Shown here piece after piece: positions 59,335-64,000 of a stretch of 64,000 bases of DNA. The DNA lies in assembly GCA_012798955.1 (NCBI GenBank), contig JAAZMF010000131.1, positions 104 through 64,103 on the forward strand, read 5' to 3'. The stretch is from Bacillota bacterium (GTDB lineage Bacteria > Bacillota > Limnochordia > DTU087). The notes beneath the pieces were generated by a model. That model saw only the letters and a list, made by a program, of their open reading frames with translations. It was not told the DNA's origin and searched no databases. Within the stretch, counting starts at the first letter, position 1. Each line of letters opens with the position of its first letter. The position numbers and the translations under genes are program-made.

Positions 59335-61980
59335 ATGAAGGTAATGAGTACACACGAACTACGGGAGAGTTTTCTGCAGTTTTTTCAAAGTAAGGGTCAT
59401 AAGCGCTTGCCTAGTGCCTCGCTTGTTCCCCATGGTGATCCGAGCTTACTTTTGACCGGTGCCGGTATGGTGCCGTTTAAGCCGTATTTCCTCGGCAAGG
59501 AGACGCCACCTGCCAAACGCATAACTACATGCCAGCGCTGTTTGCGCACGGCAGATATTGAAAATGTGGGCCAAACAGACCGCCATGGTACTTTTTTTGA
59601 GATGTTGGGGAACTTCTCCTTTGGCGATTACTTCAAAAAGGAAGCTATCCGTTGGGCGTGGGAGTTTTCCACGGAATATTTGGGACTGCCGCCGGATCTG
59701 ATTTGGGCTACCATCTATCTTGACGATGATGAGGCAATGCAGATTTGGCATGAGGATATTGGTGTACCCTTGGACCGTATTGTGCGGCTTGGTCGTGAAG
59801 ACAATTTCTGGGAAATCGGGGTGGGACCTTGTGGTCCATGCTCCGAGCTTTATCTTGATCGGGGTCTAGAGTATGGCTGTGGTGGGACGGACTGCAAACC
59901 TGGTTGCGATTGTGAGCGCTACCTAGAATTTTGGAATCTGGTCTTTATTCAGTTCCATCAAGATGAAGCCGGCAATCTAACTCCCCTGGAGCAAAAGGGC
60001 ATTGATACTGGCATGGGTCTTGATCGAACAGCTGCGATTTTGCAGGGCGTTGACAGTATTTTTGATACCGACGGGGTACGCCCAGTTATCGATGAGATTC
60101 GGCAATTGGCCGGGGTGGAGTATGGCAAAGGCGGACAAGATGATGTGGCGATACGGGTGATTGCTGATCATACCCGTAGTGTTGCATTTCTCATACTAGA
60201 CGGTGTTTTGCCCAGCAATGAAGGCCGTGGATATGTGCTCCGGCGCCTTTTGCGCAGGGCAGTGCGCTATGGTCGCTTGCTTGGGATTAAAGATAGTTTC
60301 CTTCCCCAGGTTTCTACAAAGGTGATAGAGGCTATGCAGGGGGCATATCCTGAGCTTGTTGAGGCACAAGATTATATTCTCAAGGTAATTGGCCTTGAGG
60401 AGGAGCGTTTTCGGGATACATTAGAACAGGGGCTTAAGATATTGCAGGATCTAGTTGTTGAATTAACGGCAAGCAACCAGACCTGCCTATCTGGTAAGCA
60501 TGCATTTCGCCTATACGACACCTATGGCTTTCCCTTGGAATTGACTATTGAAATCCTTAAGGAAAGCAACATGGATGTCGACAGGATTGGTTTTACCGAG
60601 ATGATGGAAGAGCAGCGACAGCGTGCCCGAGCAGCCCGGGAGCAAACGGGCTATCTAGATGACAATGCCGGTGTGTATGTTGAGCTGCATAAGAAATATG
60701 TCACCGAGTTTGTCGGTTATGGCCAGCTGGAAGCGGAAACAGAGATTCTAGCGATTCTGGTAGACGGCGAAGTGGTAGAGCAAGCCACCCGGGGCCAAGG
60801 GGTAGAGATTATCGTGGCTCATACTCCGTTCTATGCAGCCAGCGGTGGGCAGGTGGCAGACGTTGGTACGATTACCGGTCCCCATGGGGCTATTGAGGTC
60901 ACAGACGTGCTATCGCCTGCTAGTGATCTAGTCGTGCACAGAGGCCAAGTGACATCAGGTCACATGGAAGCAGGAGATGTGGTATTGGCCACTGTTTATC
61001 AGCGCAACCGTGAAGGCGCAGCATGTCACCATACAGCTACCCACCTATTACACAAGGCTCTTAAGCAGGTTATCGGTGAACATGTCAATCAGGCTGGTTC
61101 TTTGGTAGAGCCTGATCGATTGCGTTTCGATTTTACCCATTTTAGCGGCCTTACCCGGGAAGAGCTAGATCGCGTGGAAAAGCTAGTCAATGATGCCATT
61201 AGGGCCAATGCGTCTGTAGATACTGAATTGATGAGTTATGCCGAGGCTGAGGCCACTGGTGCCATCGCCCTATTTGATGAAAAATACCGTGATTTGGTGC
61301 GAGTGGTGAATATAGAAGGGTATAGTAAAGAGCTTTGTGGTGGAACCCATGTTGGAAGGACTGGGGAATTGGGGCTCTTTAAGATTGTAAATGAAACTGC
61401 TGTTGCCGCCGGGGTGCGACGCATTGAGGCCCTGACTGGCAAAGCAGCTGTAAAGCATGTGGCCAATCAGGAAGCAATGGTGCGGGAGGTTTGCGAACTC
61501 TTGCAGGTCCCACCTACCGGATTATTGGATCGAGTGGAAAGACTGCTTCAGGAGCAAAGAGAGCTAAATAGAGAGCTGGAAAGACTTAAGGGCAGATTAG
61601 CCGGTGCTCAAAGTGAAGAGTTACTGCAGGAAGCTATGGAGATAGGTGGTATCCCTGTTCTAGCCGCAGGCGTGGAGGGTTTAGATGCAGCGGCGCTCCG
61701 GACTCTCGGCGACCAACTGCGCAATAAACTGGGCAGTGGAGTGATCTTGCTGGGTTCTGTGACCGAGGGGAAGGTGTTGTTTGTCTCCATGGTTACTCCC
61801 GATATCGTGGCCAAGGGCGTTAAGGCTGGTGATATTATCAAGGTGGCAGCTAAGGCCACCGGCGGCGGGGGTGGAGGCCGAGCCGATATGGCCCAGGCAG
61901 GAGGGCGCGACCCTGAGAAACTCCAGCTGGCATTGGAATTGGCTAGAGGAAGTATCAAGGAGCAACTAGCTGTTGTCTAA
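59335..61980 (+). CDS. alaS: Alanine--tRNA ligase
   Basis: 881 aa. Has FLQFFQSKGHKRLPSASLVP, an editing domain (HTATHLLH...CGGTH) and a C-terminal DHHA1-like domain with GGGGGGRADMAQAGG. The start is ATG 59335 or 59344. Confidence 0.95.
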   Translation: MKVMSTHELRESFLQFFQSKGHKRLPSASLVPHGDPSLLLTGAGMVPFKPYFLGKETPPAKRITTCQRCLRTADIENVGQTDRHGTFFEMLGNFSFGDYFKKEAIRWAWEFSTEYLGLPPDLIWATIYLDDDEAMQIWHEDIGVPLDRIVRLGREDNFWEIGVGPCGPCSELYLDRGLEYGCGGTDCKPGCDCERYLEFWNLVFIQFHQDEAGNLTPLEQKGIDTGMGLDRTAAILQGVDSIFDTDGVRPVIDEIRQLAGVEYGKGGQDDVAIRVIADHTRSVAFLILDGVLPSNEGRGYVLRRLLRRAVRYGRLLGIKDSFLPQVSTKVIEAMQGAYPELVEAQDYILKVIGLEEERFRDTLEQGLKILQDLVVELTASNQTCLSGKHAFRLYDTYGFPLELTIEILKESNMDVDRIGFTEMMEEQRQRARAAREQTGYLDDNAGVYVELHKKYVTEFVGYGQLEAETEILAILVDGEVVEQATRGQGVEIIVAHTPFYAASGGQVADVGTITGPHGAIEVTDVLSPASDLVVHRGQVTSGHMEAGDVVLATVYQRNREGAACHHTATHLLHKALKQVIGEHVNQAGSLVEPDRLRFDFTHFSGLTREELDRVEKLVNDAIRANASVDTELMSYAEAEATGAIALFDEKYRDLVRVVNIEGYSKELCGGTHVGRTGELGLFKIVNETAVAAGVRRIEALTGKAAVKHVANQEAMVREVCELLQVPPTGLLDRVERLLQEQRELNRELERLKGRLAGAQSEELLQEAMEIGGIPVLAAGVEGLDAAALRTLGDQLRNKLGSGVILLGSVTEGKVLFVSMVTPDIVAKGVKAGDIIKVAAKATGGGGGGRADMAQAGGRDPEKLQLALELARGSIKEQLAVV

Positions 61981-61994
61981 GAGATAGAGAGGGC

Positions 61995-62024
61995 GCGGGG
62001 CACTTAGTGTCCCGCTTGCTTTTT
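61995..62024 (+). terminator. Rho-independent terminator after alaS
   Basis: GCGGGGCAC-TTA-GTGTCCCGC (9 bp, one G-U pair), followed by TTGCTTTTT. Confidence 0.75.
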
Positions 62025-62100
62025 GTGAAAAGAGCAGGAAGATCCTTCTTTGCCCAGAATATTCAAGATAGAGTTGATATACACGTGGGGGGGTGTTGGT

Positions 62101-62376
62101 ATGCATGAAGCCCATGAACGGACGACTTTGTATAGACGGGGATATTTGCCTAGTCGAGCGGCCCGGGTTGTGGCTGAAGTCTATGCGGCCCTAGAGGAAA
62201 AGGGCTATGATCCCGTTGCCCAGTTTGTTGGCTATCTGATGTCAGGGGATCCGACCTACATTACATCCCACCGTGAAGCGCGGACATTGATCCGCACCAT
62301 AGAGCGGGATGAATTGCTTTCGGAACTGGTCCGTGGCTATATACATGCCCAACGAGCCCATAACCGTACCGGATGA
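62101..62376 (+). CDS. ireB: IreB-family regulatory phosphoprotein (UPF0297/YrzL)
   Basis: The block [51 protein letters not shown] closely matches the B. subtilis YrzL signature. ATG 62101. The track ORF starts at 62050. Confidence 0.85.
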   Translation: MHEAHERTTLYRRGYLPSRAARVVAEVYAALEEKGYDPVAQFVGYLMSGDPTYITSHREARTLIRTIERDELLSELVRGYIHAQRAHNRTG

Positions 62377-62464
62377 TACAAGGGTCGAAAAGGGGGTGGC
62401 CTAACTGGGTTGGGACACAAAGCCAGTCTACCGCTTAGAGCCGGGAGACGACATACCACAGGTC

Positions 62465-63937
62465 ATGTCTGCCTTGCGAGAAGCCTCGGAACCCATGGCG
62501 ATTTTTGTCGATCACCCATTGGTCCCGGTTTTGAAAAATCCAGTGAATCTGGGACTTCTGCAGGACTATGCCCGGGAGGCCCAAAGACAGTTAGTTATTA
62601 TTTCCCAAGATGCATTGGTGGAATCACTGGCCGAGGAGCTTGGTATAACGTGGTATGAGAGCGAAGCTAGTCTTGGGGCGGCTTTGGGGGTTTTGAAGGC
62701 AGATGACGTAACAGATTCTTCTGACCCTATCTTTGAACCCTTAGTTTCCACCAGTCTCAGGCGGCCCACTTTGCAGCGATGGTTAGTGTTAGCCATGGCT
62801 GTTTTGGCAGTAGGTCTGCTTTACTATACCTTAACACCCAAGGTAACGGTCTTAGTCACCCCCAAACTTTTGATTTACCAAGAGAGAATTGAGCTTTTAG
62901 GTGTGGGGCCTCATGCAACTAATGTGGATATGGGCAATTTGCCTGTATTGCCATTGCATGTAGTTAAGGCTGTACTAGAAACGGAGGCTACAGTTTCCAC
63001 CACAGGTAGCCAAGTGATTGGCACTAATGCCGCCCAAGGGGTGGCGGTTTTTATCAATGAAGGCGATCAGGCAGTAACTGTCCCCCAGGGTACCCAGGTG
63101 CATACTGGCACGGGAGTAGTGTTTGTTACCCATGGTGCAGTGACGGTGCCGGGGCGTAGCACCGAGTATTTTCTCGATGTGGCGGCCGGGGTAAAAGCCG
63201 GGCAAAAGGAAGTCCAGATTATCGCCGTGGAAAAAGGCGAAGGTGGTAACGTGGCTGCAGGTAGAATACGGGAGTTTAGCGATGCTAAGCTTGCAGCTAG
63301 TCTGGTAGTGAGGAATCCTGAAGCCACTACTGGCGGGGCCAGTGTACAAAAGATGATTGTTACTGAGGATGACCTAAGGCAAGCGGAAGCTATCTGTCGG
63401 CGTCAAGCTCAGCTTAGGGCTGGGGAGATATTGCAGGGCAAAGCAGCTGAAGCAGGGAGTGTTTTGGTCCTTGAATCAGTTCGCCTAGAGGATGTCTCCC
63501 TAGAACCATCTATTGGCATAGGCTCAGAGGGACAAGCTGTCCAAGTTGTGGCCAGATTCGAGGCCCAAGGACAGAGCTTTCGTCGTAAGGATCTAGGTGA
63601 GGTTTTACAGCAGGAACTAGAGCGGAAGGTATCACCGGATTTGGCTCTATTTGAGCCAAGATTCGAGATTGAGCAGCTGGTGGCGGTACCCCAGGGCCAG
63701 ACTATTGCCATAGAAGCAGACGTAAAAGTCCCTGTGTATAGACGCTTTGTGGCAAAGGATTTGGCGGGGCTTTTGGCGGGGCTGAGATTGCAGGATGTGG
63801 GGGAATTGGCCAAGGCTTTAGATGCGGAATCTATTTTGGTCCAGCCTAGCAAAATGGAGTATTTGCCTCGGTTTGCCCATTGGATCAAAGTTGAAGTAGG
63901 CATGCCGGAGGCGACGGTGGCTTCGACAGGACCGTAA
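62465..63937 (+). CDS. Hypothetical single-pass membrane protein: ~100-aa cytoplasmic N-domain, one TM helix, and a ~370-aa beta-rich extracytoplasmic region, possibly Baseplate_J/gp47-like
   Basis: 490-aa ORF with clean coding character. TM helix WLVLAMAVLAVGLLYYTL. The block AQGVAVFINEGDQAVTVPQGTQVHTGTGVVFVTHGAVTVPG...VQIIAVEKGEGGNVAAGRI resembles the Baseplate_J sequence pattern. The RBS is weak and the start is uncertain. Confidence 0.5.
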   Translation: MSALREASEPMAIFVDHPLVPVLKNPVNLGLLQDYAREAQRQLVIISQDALVESLAEELGITWYESEASLGAALGVLKADDVTDSSDPIFEPLVSTSLRRPTLQRWLVLAMAVLAVGLLYYTLTPKVTVLVTPKLLIYQERIELLGVGPHATNVDMGNLPVLPLHVVKAVLETEATVSTTGSQVIGTNAAQGVAVFINEGDQAVTVPQGTQVHTGTGVVFVTHGAVTVPGRSTEYFLDVAAGVKAGQKEVQIIAVEKGEGGNVAAGRIREFSDAKLAASLVVRNPEATTGGASVQKMIVTEDDLRQAEAICRRQAQLRAGEILQGKAAEAGSVLVLESVRLEDVSLEPSIGIGSEGQAVQVVARFEAQGQSFRRKDLGEVLQQELERKVSPDLALFEPRFEIEQLVAVPQGQTIAIEADVKVPVYRRFVAKDLAGLLAGLRLQDVGELAKALDAESILVQPSKMEYLPRFAHWIKVEVGMPEATVASTGP

Positions 63938-64000
63938 GTTGCCTTGGGGCGCACACTGATGTTGTGGCCACAATGGGGATTTTGGGGACGGCGTGAAAGG

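Noticed and set aside
63409-63954. 181-aa minus-strand ORF overlapping the 3' part of the 490-aa gene.
   Set aside because: Low-complexity antisense translation with no RBS. The plus-strand ORF is far longer and has a coherent TM-plus-domain architecture.

Overview
This window looks like core chromosome of a Bacillota (Firmicutes)-type bacterium. It is densely packed with about 57 protein genes, nearly all housekeeping, and about 50 of them are on the + strand. GGAGG-type ribosome binding sites (RBS) and frequent ATGA/TAATG start-stop overlaps are seen throughout.

Gene content in order:
- Branched-chain amino acid operon: ilvC (5' truncated by the window edge)-leuA-leuC-leuD-leuB-cimA.
- An L,D-transpeptidase coupled to an orphan membrane-anchored solute-binding-like protein.
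- glmM-acpS-nnr-alr.
- A non-classical alpha-glucan cluster: a Glucodextran_C surface protein, a GT4 synthase, an 833-aa nucleotidyltransferase/PGM-like fusion, and convergent GH57 branching enzyme + DUF4912.
- nagA-nagB.
- A minus-strand block of PHP-rapZ-yvcK, facing a plus-strand whiA.
- The glycolytic operon cggR-gap-pgk-tpiA-gpmI-eno, with a textbook CggR operator upstream.
- secG, secD, secF, an ABC1/UbiB-type kinase, and a LapA-like protein.
- recJ-apt-relA-dtd-MBL hydrolase, then a PpiC-type PPIase.
- hisS-aspS, a candidate 6S RNA, tcdA (broken by one in-frame TGA), and rarA.
- Rrf2 regulator-cysteine desulfurase-iscU-mnmA, a small YtxH-like protein, and an AI-2E transporter.
- alaS-ireB, then a 490-aa membrane-anchored protein of unknown function.

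The order from secDF to ireB closely follows the B. subtilis secDF...recJ-apt-relA-dtd...hisS-aspS-bsrA-yrvM-yrvN-cymR-yrvO-trmU...alaS-yrzL region.

I found no rRNA, tRNA, CRISPR array, IS or transposase, integrase, prophage block or recognisable defence system. I also cannot point to a convincing new multi-gene system. The leads most worth a second look are:
1. The in-frame UGA-C stop in tcdA.
2. The unannotated 6S-like RNA locus.
3. A PGM-like module with all four catalytic loops degenerate, fused to an intact nucleotidyltransferase in the glucan cluster.
4. The solitary membrane-anchored protein, possibly baseplate-J-like, sitting where ruvX normally follows ireB.
5. An unusual alaS leader with a distant Shine-Dalgarno (SD) sequence bridged to the start codon by a hairpin.

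All homology calls come from reading motifs in the translations. No database search was run.
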